A DNA stretch of 64,000 nucleotides from Candidatus Latescibacterota bacterium. Its GTDB lineage: Bacteria; Latescibacterota; UBA2968; UBA8231. Within the stretch, counting starts at the first letter, position 1; every line of letters starts with the position of its first letter. Of the stretch, positions 1 to 9,382 are shown piece by piece. The position numbers and the translations under genes are program-made. The stretch lies in assembly GCA_965248265.1 (NCBI GenBank), contig CBDFJF010000001.1, forward strand, positions 2,496,001 to 2,560,000, written 5' to 3'. The notes beneath the pieces are model-generated. The model saw only the letters and a program-made list of their open reading frames with translations, ran no database searches and was not told the DNA's origin.

Positions 1-1
1 A

Positions 2-1312
2 AAACTTAGCCCCACCACGGCCACGGGACGCAGCGCCAACGCCGTCAAACTTGCGCAAGCCTCCCGGCCGTTTGGCCAGTTCGAGGAGACGGCTTCGACA
101 GCCGACCGCGTAGAAGATGCCATCGCCGGAGACTCGACGCCGTCTGTAGTAGGCCCTCAGGGTGACGAAGATCTCGAGCTGATCAGCAGTCTTCCACGTC
201 GTCGCTACACACCCGAACTCGAGTTCGACGGCATGGCCGTCCAGATGGGGTACTACAACGGCTTCCTGTCAGGTATCGCTCAGTTGAGCATGAGCGATCT
301 GCTGGGCAACCACTCCCTGTCCATGTTCACCGACTACATCGGATCCAACGAGGTCAACAACGACCTCACCTTCGCCGCCGCCTACACCTACTACGGCCAG
401 CGACCGACCTACAACGTGATGCTGTTCAACTGGAACCAGTACTTCAATGACCCGGAGGACCGGATCTTCCGCTACCGGGATCAGCTCACTCGTGGCCTGG
501 TGCGCAGCCGTCAAGCTGGCTTGCTCTTCGATGTCGGTTACCCTCTCGATGTATATCGCCGTATCGAGTTGAGCTACAGCTTCGTGGACGAACAACGAGA
601 GGTGGCCTGGCCGGAGGTGTTGCCGATGGAGAGCTTCACTACCCACCTCTTCAAAGCCGCCTACGTTCACGACTCGTTGAGCAATGGCCTGCTTGGCGCG
701 ACCGCCGGAAGGCGCTACTACCTTTCCGTGGGCCGCACGGCCGTGTTCAACGACAGTGACCGCTCGCTGTCCCACCTGGAGGCGGACTATCGCCACTACT
801 TCCGCCTGGGGCGATGGTCCGTGTTCGGCCTGCGCACCGTTGGGATCGGTTCGCTTGGACGAGACGGGTTGGAATACAACCTTGGTGGACCCGCATGGTT
901 CATTCCGTTTTCGCCGGGATTCAACCTCAACGTGGGACCACTGCGGGGGTTTGAGTTCTCCGAATTTTCCGGTTCGCGACTTCTACTCGTGAACAGCGAG
1001 ATCAGGGTACCGTTCATCCGCAATATCGTCTTCGGCTGGCCAGGGACCTTCGCCATTCCGGCAGTGGATGGCAGTTTCTTTTTGGATGTTGGGACGGCCT
1101 GGAATGAGGGCGACGAACTCGACCTGTCGTTTCACAACCCACGCTACGGATTCAGTCCAAAAGATAAGACGAAGAGACTGCATGCCGGCTTCGGCTTCGG
1201 CATGCTGGTCTATTTCCTCGCGCCGCTGAACTTTGAGTTTGCCCGCCAGACCGACTTCCAGGGCAATTCCTCCGATTGGAACATGCACTTCAGCTTCGGT
1301 AAGAGCTTCTGA
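2..1312 (+). CDS. Omp85/BamA-like outer-membrane beta-barrel protein, C-terminal part (5'-truncated by window edge)
   Basis: Frame is open from position 2. Contains LRGF motif ('GPLRGFEF'), 'FFLDVGTAW', 'GFGFG' and a C-terminal Phe ('FSFGKSF'). Confidence 0.8.
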   Translation, partial: KLSPTTATGRSANAVKLAQASRPFGQFEETASTADRVEDAIAGDSTPSVVGPQGDEDLELISSLPRRRYTPELEFDGMAVQMGYYNGFLSGIAQLSMSDLLGNHSLSMFTDYIGSNEVNNDLTFAAAYTYYGQRPTYNVMLFNWNQYFNDPEDRIFRYRDQLTRGLVRSRQAGLLFDVGYPLDVYRRIELSYSFVDEQREVAWPEVLPMESFTTHLFKAAYVHDSLSNGLLGATAGRRYYLSVGRTAVFNDSDRSLSHLEADYRHYFRLGRWSVFGLRTVGIGSLGRDGLEYNLGGPAWFIPFSPGFNLNVGPLRGFEFSEFSGSRLLLVNSEIRVPFIRNIVFGWPGTFAIPAVDGSFFLDVGTAWNEGDELDLSFHNPRYGFSPKDKTKRLHAGFGFGMLVYFLAPLNFEFARQTDFQGNSSDWNMHFSFGKSF

Positions 1313-1313
1313 G

Positions 1314-2060
1314 GTGGTCACCGCGATCACCCTGAGCCGCGATCGCTGGGCTCATCCGGTTCGACCTTTGGTTCTGGCCCTGGGTATTCTGGTCGGAAGC
1401 TACGGGTGTGGGGGGCCAGGAGTTTCGGGAGACTTCAAACTGGTGCATTTTGAGGCGCCGTCCAATCCCGACGCCAAACTCAGAGAAATACTGGACTCGG
1501 TGGAGACGATTGGCGTTGTCTCGGCGACGAACGTGGAGCCCCTGCAGGGACTGGATACAGAGAAGGTGATGGGGCGCTTGACGGACGCCACCGCCAGCAG
1601 CCTGCGCCAATTGCCCGATCGCCGTATCGTCACCAACGACGAAATCCGCTGGCATTTCAGGGGAGTCGTATTCGATTCGGCCTCCGTCCACTCACCTGAA
1701 ACACGAGCGGCCCTGCGGCAGGAAATGGATATCGATGCCGTGGTCCTGGTAACCTTGAAGAGCTTCGAGGCTCAGATGACCACGGTGACGCCAACCCAGT
1801 ACGGACTGACTCCGGCTGCGGGAATGAACATTTCCGTTGATCTCAAGCTGAGCCTGATCAACCTCGTCACCGGGTTGTCGTGGAGTCACACCGGTCGCCA
1901 GCGGGAATGGAAGCCGATGCAGGGGCAGCTGGTGGGTGGGTCCAATCGCATGGAACAGCAGCTGTTGACGGCGTTGGGGCAGCCGTTGAGGCACTTCCTG
2001 TCACGGGTTGCCCCACCTCCCAGCGTCGAGGATCGCCATTTTGATCTAAGCGGCGAGTGA
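1314..2060 (+). CDS. putative lipoprotein, hypothetical
   Basis: GTG at 1314 lies directly after the upstream stop. A hydrophobic stretch ends in lipobox-like 'GSYGC'. Confidence 0.6.
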   Translation: MVTAITLSRDRWAHPVRPLVLALGILVGSYGCGGPGVSGDFKLVHFEAPSNPDAKLREILDSVETIGVVSATNVEPLQGLDTEKVMGRLTDATASSLRQLPDRRIVTNDEIRWHFRGVVFDSASVHSPETRAALRQEMDIDAVVLVTLKSFEAQMTTVTPTQYGLTPAAGMNISVDLKLSLINLVTGLSWSHTGRQREWKPMQGQLVGGSNRMEQQLLTALGQPLRHFLSRVAPPPSVEDRHFDLSGE

Positions 2061-2173
2061 GGGGCGAGGATCGCCATTTTGATCTAAGCGGCGAGTGAGG
2101 GGCGAGGATCGCCATTTTGATCTAGCGGCGAATGAGGGGCGAGGATCGCCATTTCGATCTGAGCGGGGAATAA
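2028..2173 (+). repeat. tandem repeat, about 4 copies of a 37-38 bp unit made from the 3' end of the upstream gene
   Basis: Unit GAGGATCGCCATTTTGATCTAAGCGGCGAGTGAGGGGC starts at 2028, 2066, 2104 (1-bp deletion) and 2141 (diverged). Confidence 0.95.
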
Positions 2174-2207
2174 AAAAGGATGGCGTCGATCGAATCGACT
2201 ACCATCC
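2172..2207 (-). terminator. intrinsic terminator between convergent genes
   Basis: GGATGG-C-GTCGAT/ATCGAC-TA-CCATCC hairpin preceded by A6 on the + strand (U-tract on the - strand). Confidence 0.6.
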
Positions 2208-2253
2208 AGTTGTGATCATCCACTTACTTGGTGGAGTGCAGCGTCCGATGTAC

Positions 2254-2973
2254 TCAGCGCCGCTGCTTTTTCGGTGTCACACTCTTCTTCTTTTCTTTGC
2301 TGGAATCGTCACTCGACGAGCTCTTTTCGGCCGTGGTGCTGGTGGGCCGTCGCGTAGTCGTGGGTGCCTGCGTGCTTCTCTGAACAGAGGTTGAGGGTCG
2401 TCGGGTTACTGCTGGCGCGGCCCGCTGGCGACTCTCCTGACGCTGTTGCCAAACTTCCTGCTCTACCCGTTCCTGCTCCTGCTGCAGCACCGGATCAGGT
2501 GGTTCGTATTGGGTGGCTGGAGTATTATTGAGCCTGGCTGCGGCGCGCAGGTGGTCAATCTCATCGCGCGTTACAAGTTCATACCCGGGGGGTACATAGG
2601 TGCCATACGCTCCCGAGTAGTAGGGATCGTATCCGTACCCGACGGGTCCGGCTCCCGGATAGTAGCCACCGTATCCATAATTGCCAAAGAGCCCACTGCG
2701 CGAATCGAAGCCAAAAATCGGCGTGCCGTAGCCGCCATAGGCGCCCCCGTACGGTGCGACACCGGAATAACCGCGGTAAGGATCATCGTAGGGATCGTCA
2801 AACCTCCCGACGCTGGGAGCCAGGATCTCGTCCGAGTCGGCGTATGTGGCGTACTGAGGCTCGGAATAGAACTTTGAAGCAGTCACCGGTCCCTTCAGTG
2901 CGGTGTAGCAACCGCCGCCCAGCATTGCGGGCAGGATCGCGACCAAGCACAACTGCCGATGCTTGATTTTCAT
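2254..2973 (-). CDS. Gly/Tyr/Pro-rich lipoprotein, hypothetical
   Basis: MKIKHRQLCLVAILPAMLGGG-CYT lipoprotein signal, a low-complexity body and a Ser/Thr/Arg-rich tail. ATG 2973 chosen over the upstream GTG. Confidence 0.7.
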   Translation of the reverse strand: MKIKHRQLCLVAILPAMLGGGCYTALKGPVTASKFYSEPQYATYADSDEILAPSVGRFDDPYDDPYRGYSGVAPYGGAYGGYGTPIFGFDSRSGLFGNYGYGGYYPGAGPVGYGYDPYYSGAYGTYVPPGYELVTRDEIDHLRAAARLNNTPATQYEPPDPVLQQEQERVEQEVWQQRQESRQRAAPAVTRRPSTSVQRSTQAPTTTRRPTSTTAEKSSSSDDSSKEKKKSVTPKKQRR

Positions 2974-3107
2974 CACACACAACCTCCACTGATTCAATGA
3001 CTTACACCGGACGCACACGATCTACAGTTGCATCCCTGGTACTTACCATACGAACTGATGGTGCTCCCAGCAAGCTCCCCTGATCCAGACCCGTAAACGA
3101 GTTTTCA

Positions 3108-4472
3108 TCAAAAACTATAGGTGAGACCGAAGAAGGCCCTGGTCACCGTTGTACTTTCCTCTAGCAGACCCTCCTTTACTTCGAAGGTTCCGCGGATCAA
3201 GGCAACGTCCGCCCGGACTGCCTCCTCGAGCAACAAGCCGGCGCCCATCGTAAAGAAACGACGATCCTGTTTGGCGACGATGAGCGGATTGCTGACCGGG
3301 TCCATCGCCAGGTCCGGGTCCCTGGGTCCGACGAACGGGAGGGGATCGGTGTAGAACCCGGCCCGCAGATCGAGTGCTACCGTGGGAACCTGATACTCCA
3401 CGCCGAAATGGTAGCGAGTTACGTCACGGTACTGATTCTCGAACGAAGCATTGGCTCGCAGGTCGTTTTCATCCTCCCCCTGGTATTCACTCTGCGACCA
3501 CTCGCTGAAATGGACGCTGGCGGCCACCAACACATCGTCCGTCGCCCTCACGGACCCGCCGGCGCCGAATTCGAGCGGCAGCGAGACCTTGTAGTTGTTC
3601 CGTATCGTTTCCACCTCAACGGAGGTGCAACTGCCGTCGTCTTCGATGACGACGTCCCTGCACACCGTGCCGTCGTCGTACTCTACCAGATTGTACCCGT
3701 TCGCCGCAGGAATGCCTTTGAAGCGATAGGCGATGGTGTGTGTCGGTCCGGTTGCCAAGGTGAACCCGAAGCGAAATTGAGGATCATCGCGAGGGGTGCG
3801 CACCAGCAGGCCCAACTTGGCGTTGAACGCCGCCTCGTACTCGTCATTGAAGGTCTCTCGCGCGGTCCATCGTTTTTGAAAAGCCAAATCCTCGACATCG
3901 TTGAAGATGAACTCCTGAAAATTCTCGTTCTCACCGCTGATGAGGTTCAGGGCAAGCCCGAGCGACACGGAGGGCGCCACGTCGATGGCGGCTGCCAGCG
4001 TGGTCATGGTGAGTTCACCCTCGTTGGTGAAGGTGTTATCGGTCCCCAGGCTGTCAGCGACACTAAAACCACCAATGCGAAGGGTGGAATCGAAGTCCTT
4101 GACCGGATTGAACCCCGCGGCAAGAACCAGGCTGCCGCGGTAAACGGGGTATGGGTAGACGAATCCGAGCGAACCGAATCGTGTGTTGCTCAAGTCGCTC
4201 TTGGCGGTGATGCCGCTCTGGTTCGCCTCATTGTCGTAGCTGTTTCGATGGAAGGTTACATAAACCTCCCTCTGGGTCATCTGCGCCAAACCGGCCGGAT
4301 TCCAGTGGACGGCAGTGAAATCGTCCGCGACACCGAGGTAAGCACCTCCCATGCCCATGGCCCGCACTCCGACTCCGGAAAAATGATCGATGGCGCGTTC
4401 CTCCTGAGCCGAAATCCGCACGGCGAGCAGGAACAGGCCTGCAGTGACTAGGGTGGCAGAGACGATGCGCAT
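3108..4472 (-). CDS. OmpP1/FadL-family outer-membrane transport protein
   Basis: Signal peptide, 'GVRAMGMGGAYLGVADDFTAVHWNPAGL' hatch motif and C-terminal 'GLTYSF'. ATG 4472 overlaps the upstream TGA. Confidence 0.8.
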   Translation of the reverse strand: MRIVSATLVTAGLFLLAVRISAQEERAIDHFSGVGVRAMGMGGAYLGVADDFTAVHWNPAGLAQMTQREVYVTFHRNSYDNEANQSGITAKSDLSNTRFGSLGFVYPYPVYRGSLVLAAGFNPVKDFDSTLRIGGFSVADSLGTDNTFTNEGELTMTTLAAAIDVAPSVSLGLALNLISGENENFQEFIFNDVEDLAFQKRWTARETFNDEYEAAFNAKLGLLVRTPRDDPQFRFGFTLATGPTHTIAYRFKGIPAANGYNLVEYDDGTVCRDVVIEDDGSCTSVEVETIRNNYKVSLPLEFGAGGSVRATDDVLVAASVHFSEWSQSEYQGEDENDLRANASFENQYRDVTRYHFGVEYQVPTVALDLRAGFYTDPLPFVGPRDPDLAMDPVSNPLIVAKQDRRFFTMGAGLLLEEAVRADVALIRGTFEVKEGLLEESTTVTRAFFGLTYSF

Positions 4473-5284
4473 CAGAACTCCTCCGAATACCTTACCGAGA
4501 GCTCCCGGCTCATATCGGGATCCGGACCGCTGCCATCGGAGTTGCCGTTGCCGAGAACATTCTTGAACACGAATCCGACGCTGATGTTGGGCACGGCCGA
4601 CCAGTAGGCGCCAGCGTTGAGGTAGCCTTTGCCGGAACCTATGGACGTAGCGTCGTTGTCGTTGAAGGCAAAGTCGTACTCGCCTATCACGGCGAGTTCC
4701 TCGTTGATCGTCTTGTCGACTCCTACCCAACCCGACAGGTCTTCGTCGCCATCCTCCCGTTCGCGACTCCAGTTCACGCCGCCGTGCACCCCGAATTGTC
4801 CGAATCCTGAGATATAGTTCTTGCTGCCGGCGATGAAGAAGCCCTTAGATTTTACCTCGTAGCGAACGCCGCCCTCGTAGGGCCCGTACCCCTGAGTCTC
4901 GTAGCCTGCCGTGATCGCGGGAAGCCCGGTGCTCTCCTCGATGACGCGGTAGCGGGCTGTCACCTCAACTCGAGGATGCCAGTCTATGACGTCGTCTCCG
5001 ACCACGTTCACTCCACCGTAGGACAGGCCAATGCTCAGCCGCCGCATGACACCGGCATTGAGCTGCGTCAGCACTCCGCCATCCGGGAAGAGTCGCAGGT
5101 CGATGGCGAAACGTCCCTTGTCTATCAGTCCGGCGGTAGGGCTGTCCACGAGGCGGGTAGGCTCGAGAGCACCCTGGGCCTTGGCCGCGCAACAGGTGAG
5201 CACCGTGAACACGATGCCGCCCAGGCACAGCAAGAGACGGTGCCCCCGAGCGCGAGTGAGACCTCGTCTTCGTCGAACTGCCAT
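4472..5284 (-). CDS. YjbH-like outer-membrane beta-barrel protein
   Basis: Signal peptide ending 'AAKA', 'LVDSPTAG' motif, alternating beta strands and a C-terminal Phe. Start is uncertain. Confidence 0.55.
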   Translation of the reverse strand: MAVRRRRGLTRARGHRLLLCLGGIVFTVLTCCAAKAQGALEPTRLVDSPTAGLIDKGRFAIDLRLFPDGGVLTQLNAGVMRRLSIGLSYGGVNVVGDDVIDWHPRVEVTARYRVIEESTGLPAITAGYETQGYGPYEGGVRYEVKSKGFFIAGSKNYISGFGQFGVHGGVNWSREREDGDEDLSGWVGVDKTINEELAVIGEYDFAFNDNDATSIGSGKGYLNAGAYWSAVPNISVGFVFKNVLGNGNSDGSGPDPDMSRELSVRYSEEF

Positions 5285-5360
5285 CAGGTGCGCCTCCTCT
5301 GCGTGCATGCTTCCATTCCCGAACATCCAGTGTTCGTTCGGTATTCGTTCAATAGTTGCC

Positions 5361-5822
5361 TCATGGTCCATAAGCCCACGAGATCCGGCGCTCGTCATCG
5401 GCGATCTGTTCGAGCTCGATATCCCAGCGCGGCTGGGGTAGCAAGTCGGCACCACGCTCAGCCCATTCGAAGAGACTTATGCCCCCAGCTCCTATATAGT
5501 CTTCCAGGCCAAGGTCGACCAGTTCCGCCGCATCCGCGAGTCGGTACAGATCAAAGTGGTACACCGGTATCTGTGTGGCTGCGATTCTGCCGTAGTACTC
5601 GTTGACGAGGATGAAGGTGGGACTGTTGACCACATCCTCGACGTGAAGGCCCTGGCAGATGCCCTGTATCAGGCAGGTCTTGCCGGCTCCGAGATCACCC
5701 TGCAGGGCCAACACGTCGCCGGGCTGCAACAACGAAGCCAGCTCCGCACCCAGTGCCCGTGTTTGTTGCGCAGACCTCGTGATCACAGATCGGCTCATCT
5801 GTGATCGTGTGACTATCTCCAT
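5361..5822 (-). CDS. tsaE: tRNA threonylcarbamoyladenosine biosynthesis ATPase TsaE
   Basis: 'GDLGAGKT', 'VNSPTF', 'HFDLYRL' and 'EWAE' motifs. Confidence 0.95.
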   Translation of the reverse strand: MEIVTRSQMSRSVITRSAQQTRALGAELASLLQPGDVLALQGDLGAGKTCLIQGICQGLHVEDVVNSPTFILVNEYYGRIAATQIPVYHFDLYRLADAAELVDLGLEDYIGAGGISLFEWAERGADLLPQPRWDIELEQIADDERRISWAYGP

Positions 5823-5832
5823 GTTGCCGTCT

Positions 5833-7401
5833 CTACCGGGGTTCCATGGTTACGACGGGAAGAATCACTTCGTCCAGGGAGATGCCCCCGTGTTGAAAAC
5901 TGTCCTTGTACTGGCGTTGGTACTCGTTGAAATTGGTGGGATACACGAAATAGAAGTCTTCCTTGGCGATAATATAGTTCGATCCCAAGCCGCTCGCGGG
6001 CAAACCAAAGTCCCCAGGGTTCGTGATCATTATTGCCTCCTTGGTGTCACAACGCAGGTTCTTGCCGTGCTTGTAGCGCAGACTCGTCGAGGTCTGGCGA
6101 TCACCGCGCACCATGGATGCCCGTGTTCCCTTTATCGCACCGTGATCCGTCGTCAGCACCACGACGGCGTCCGATCGGTGGATTTTCTTCAGGGTCTCGA
6201 ACAGGGCTGAATTCTCGAACCATGAGTGGACCAGAGAGCGGAAGCCCTTCTCGTCGGGCGCAATTTCACGCAGCAGATTCGAATGCGAGCGACCGTGGAC
6301 GAGCATGTCCAGGAAGTTATAGACGATCGAGACCAGCGGCACCGACCGCAGGGAATCGATCTTGCGCGCCAAATTCTGTCCATCAGCGGCAGTAACCACC
6401 TTCATGTACTGGGATTCCCCTTTGAGCTCGATTCCCATGTCGGCGATCTGGTCATCGATGAACAAATGCTCATGCTGGTTCAGACTGTGCTCGTCTTCCT
6501 TGCCACCGGTTGACCACTTGTCCTTGTACTTGGCGGCAATCTCCGCAGGGAACAATCCACTGAAAATGGCATTGCGCGAGTATGGTGTAGCCGTCGGCAG
6601 CACCGAGTAGTGGTAGGAGCGCTTGACGTTGAAGTATTCGGAGGCCAGGGACTCTATCATCATCCAGTGGTCCAACCTGAGACAGTCGACGACGATGAAG
6701 AACACCTGGCGTCCCTGCTCCAGATGGGGAGCCACACTCTCAGACACCACATCCACGGACAGAGGGGGCGAATCCTGCTCCTCTTTAACCCAGTTGGGAT
6801 AGTTCTGTTGGATGAAACGACCGAACTCCAGATTACATTCCCGTTTCTGGTCTTCGATCATCTGGTGTAATCCCTGATCACCGAGTTGGCTGATCTCGAT
6901 GTCCCACTCGCACAACACTCGATGGATGTCGATCCAGGTCTGCCAGTTAGAATCCGCGCCGTGGAGCCACTCCCGTATCTGGCTCGCTTTGGACACGTAG
7001 GCCGGACCGGCCTGACTTTGCCTGATCTGGCGTCCGTCCAGGATTCTCTTGCACGCCATGAATATCTGGCTCGGATTGACTGGCTTGGTCAGATAGTCGT
7101 CGATGCGCTTGCCGATGGCCTCGTCCATCAGGTGCTCTTCTTCACTCTTCGTGATCATGATAACGGGGACATTCGGATCGGCCTCTTTCAGCTGCTCCAG
7201 AGTCGCCAGTCCATCCAGACCGGGCATCATCTCGTCCAGCAGCACGATGTCGAAGTTCTCCTTCTGGGCCAGGGCGATGGCATCCTCCCCGTTGTTGACA
7301 GGGGTTACATCGTACCCCCGCTCACTCAGGTACATGTGGTGAGAGCGCAGGAGATCGATCTCGTCGTCGGCCCACAGTACTCGTTTGTTATGCGATTCCA
7401 T
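5833..7401 (-). CDS. PorX-like response regulator with PglZ/alkaline-phosphatase domain
   Basis: Receiver domain ('LWADDE', 'LDEMMPG', 'TKSEEE', 'KPVNP') plus PglZ motifs 'VDCLRLD', 'LPTATPYSRNA', 'TTDHG' and 'QHGGISL'. Confidence 0.9.
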   Translation of the reverse strand: MESHNKRVLWADDEIDLLRSHHMYLSERGYDVTPVNNGEDAIALAQKENFDIVLLDEMMPGLDGLATLEQLKEADPNVPVIMITKSEEEHLMDEAIGKRIDDYLTKPVNPSQIFMACKRILDGRQIRQSQAGPAYVSKASQIREWLHGADSNWQTWIDIHRVLCEWDIEISQLGDQGLHQMIEDQKRECNLEFGRFIQQNYPNWVKEEQDSPPLSVDVVSESVAPHLEQGRQVFFIVVDCLRLDHWMMIESLASEYFNVKRSYHYSVLPTATPYSRNAIFSGLFPAEIAAKYKDKWSTGGKEDEHSLNQHEHLFIDDQIADMGIELKGESQYMKVVTAADGQNLARKIDSLRSVPLVSIVYNFLDMLVHGRSHSNLLREIAPDEKGFRSLVHSWFENSALFETLKKIHRSDAVVVLTTDHGAIKGTRASMVRGDRQTSTSLRYKHGKNLRCDTKEAIMITNPGDFGLPASGLGSNYIIAKEDFYFVYPTNFNEYQRQYKDSFQHGGISLDEVILPVVTMEPR

Positions 7402-7429
7402 GCGTGTGCGTCATTCCTCTCTGTCGGTT

Positions 7430-9262
7430 TCAACCGACCTGCATAGGCAGGACGATCTCGAAACTCGTACCTTTGTCCTCCGCGCTTTCCACCACCTGAA
7501 TGCGCCCGCTGTGATAGTCCTCGACGATCCGCTTGACGAAAGCCAGACCGAGACCCCAGCCTCGTTTCTTGGTGCTGAACCCGGGCTCGAAAACTCGGGT
7601 CTGATGTTCGGGCCGAATACCTCGTCCATTATCCGTGATCGTGATCTTGATCGTTTCCTTTGTTTCGGCTACGCCCAAATCCACCACGATCAGACCCTCC
7701 TTACGTCCGATGGCATCGATCGCATTTTTGAACAGATTCTCGAAAGCCCAACCCATCAATTCGCTGTTCAGCGGTATTTCGGCGACATCAGCAGCGTGGA
7801 AATCGATGCGGTGTTGGCCGAATTGTGGACCCCTGCTCTTGAAATAGCTGATCGTCTCTTCGAGGAGAGCCCGGACGTCCGTGCTCTTGAGCTCCGGTAC
7901 GGAGCCGATCTGGCTGAACCGGGAGGCGATCTGATTCAGACGACCCAGATCCTGTTGCATTTCGCGCGCGATAGAGCCGACGTCCATGCTTTCATCTTGC
8001 TTGGCATCTTCCGGTTGCGCTTGCTTGGACGCCATCAGCTCCAGCCATCCCGAAAGAGAGGATAGCGGCGTTCCCAGCTGATGGGCTGTTTCCTTGGCCA
8101 TGCCAACCCAGATTGAACGTTGCTCACTGCGGCGAATGTTGCGAAACCCTATGTATCCGATGACGGAGAACAGGGACAACACGCCCAAGGTGACGAAGGG
8201 CGCAAACTCGATTCCCTTGATCAGGTCGGAATCGCCGTAGTGGTAGAGTTTTTCGGTCTGAATCCTGAAAAATGAAGGCTCTGAATCGACGGCCATACGC
8301 CGCATGGTACGGATGGCGTCCCGCTGGTTGCTGTCCTCCGTGAACCCCGGCCCGCCCCATTCGAGTGGCCGGCCGACGCGATCGGTGATGACGAAGTCCA
8401 ATCCCTCCCAGTAGAAACGGATGCTGTCCGCGACGGGAACTCTGATTGAGTCTTGAACTCCAATCACTTCCAGCCGTTGGCGGACAACGTTGAGGGCCGC
8501 GGCACTGGTATCTCCCCTCGACGGCAACGAGGGGCCCTCCCAGGTGACGATTTCTCCACCGCTGCTGGAAATCACCATGTCGCCGCCGGCCAGCGACACC
8601 AACCCCAGCGCCCGATCGGCTGCGAAGAACAGGATCGGCTCACGTTCGGCGTCCATCCTGCCCATCACCTCCCGCACGACCTGGTAGGCCACCTGCGAAC
8701 TGTCGTCCGGGTCGGGCAGACCGGGACCGAACCAGCGCTCGATATCGCCTCGATGATTGGTGACGATGACCGGAAGTCTCTCCTTGGGATGGAGGACCAC
8801 GTCCATGAGGACCAACTGTTCCAGCTGCTCTGGCAGGCTTGTCGATGTGACCAGAGAAGCCAGGTGCGCATTGATCTCGGCTCGGTCACGCTCCCGATCC
8901 CTGAGTTCGTCAATGACATGCTCACTGTATATGAGAAAGGCCATCACCAGGACGATGGCGCCCAGGAAGAACAGGACTCGGTAGGTTGGCGACGGACCCC
9001 ATGAGGAGAGAAATCGCTGTACCCACCGTCGCGGCAGATGAAGCAAGCCTCGACCCTGTCTGCGCACGCCAGCGTGGTCCCCTACCACATCCTCCGAGTC
9101 CAGCTGGCGATCAGGTATTCCAGGATCAAGCGACCCTCTTCGCCTCCGACGCCTCGCCGGCTCCGGTGTGACCGATTGCTGGGAGTCGGGCTGAGCCCGT
9201 TCGTGCTCCAAGGGTCCCTTGGATGTGGTGTCAGCGTCCGAAATGTTGGCGTTTTCGGTCAT
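7430..9262 (-). CDS. membrane sensor histidine kinase
   Basis: Two TM segments, H-box 'ETAHQLGTPLSS', N-box 'NLFKNAIDA', and G-boxes 'DNGRGI' and 'GWGLGL'. Confidence 0.92.
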   Translation of the reverse strand: MTENANISDADTTSKGPLEHERAQPDSQQSVTPEPARRRRRRGSLDPGIPDRQLDSEDVVGDHAGVRRQGRGLLHLPRRWVQRFLSSWGPSPTYRVLFFLGAIVLVMAFLIYSEHVIDELRDRERDRAEINAHLASLVTSTSLPEQLEQLVLMDVVLHPKERLPVIVTNHRGDIERWFGPGLPDPDDSSQVAYQVVREVMGRMDAEREPILFFAADRALGLVSLAGGDMVISSSGGEIVTWEGPSLPSRGDTSAAALNVVRQRLEVIGVQDSIRVPVADSIRFYWEGLDFVITDRVGRPLEWGGPGFTEDSNQRDAIRTMRRMAVDSEPSFFRIQTEKLYHYGDSDLIKGIEFAPFVTLGVLSLFSVIGYIGFRNIRRSEQRSIWVGMAKETAHQLGTPLSSLSGWLELMASKQAQPEDAKQDESMDVGSIAREMQQDLGRLNQIASRFSQIGSVPELKSTDVRALLEETISYFKSRGPQFGQHRIDFHAADVAEIPLNSELMGWAFENLFKNAIDAIGRKEGLIVVDLGVAETKETIKITITDNGRGIRPEHQTRVFEPGFSTKKRGWGLGLAFVKRIVEDYHSGRIQVVESAEDKGTSFEIVLPMQVG

Positions 9263-9382
9263 CGTAGGCGCTCAAACCGTGTTTTGTATTCGTCGGTACC
9301 CTTTGTAAATTAAACCAGTTACAAAGGTAACACCGCCATCAATCGTCCGCTTGCGCCAACCTCACAATCAACAGGACCTCAT

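Noticed and set aside
2028-2173. CRISPR array interpretation of the 38-bp repeat
   Set aside because: The units are contiguous with no unique spacers, they derive from coding sequence, and no cas genes are present in the window.
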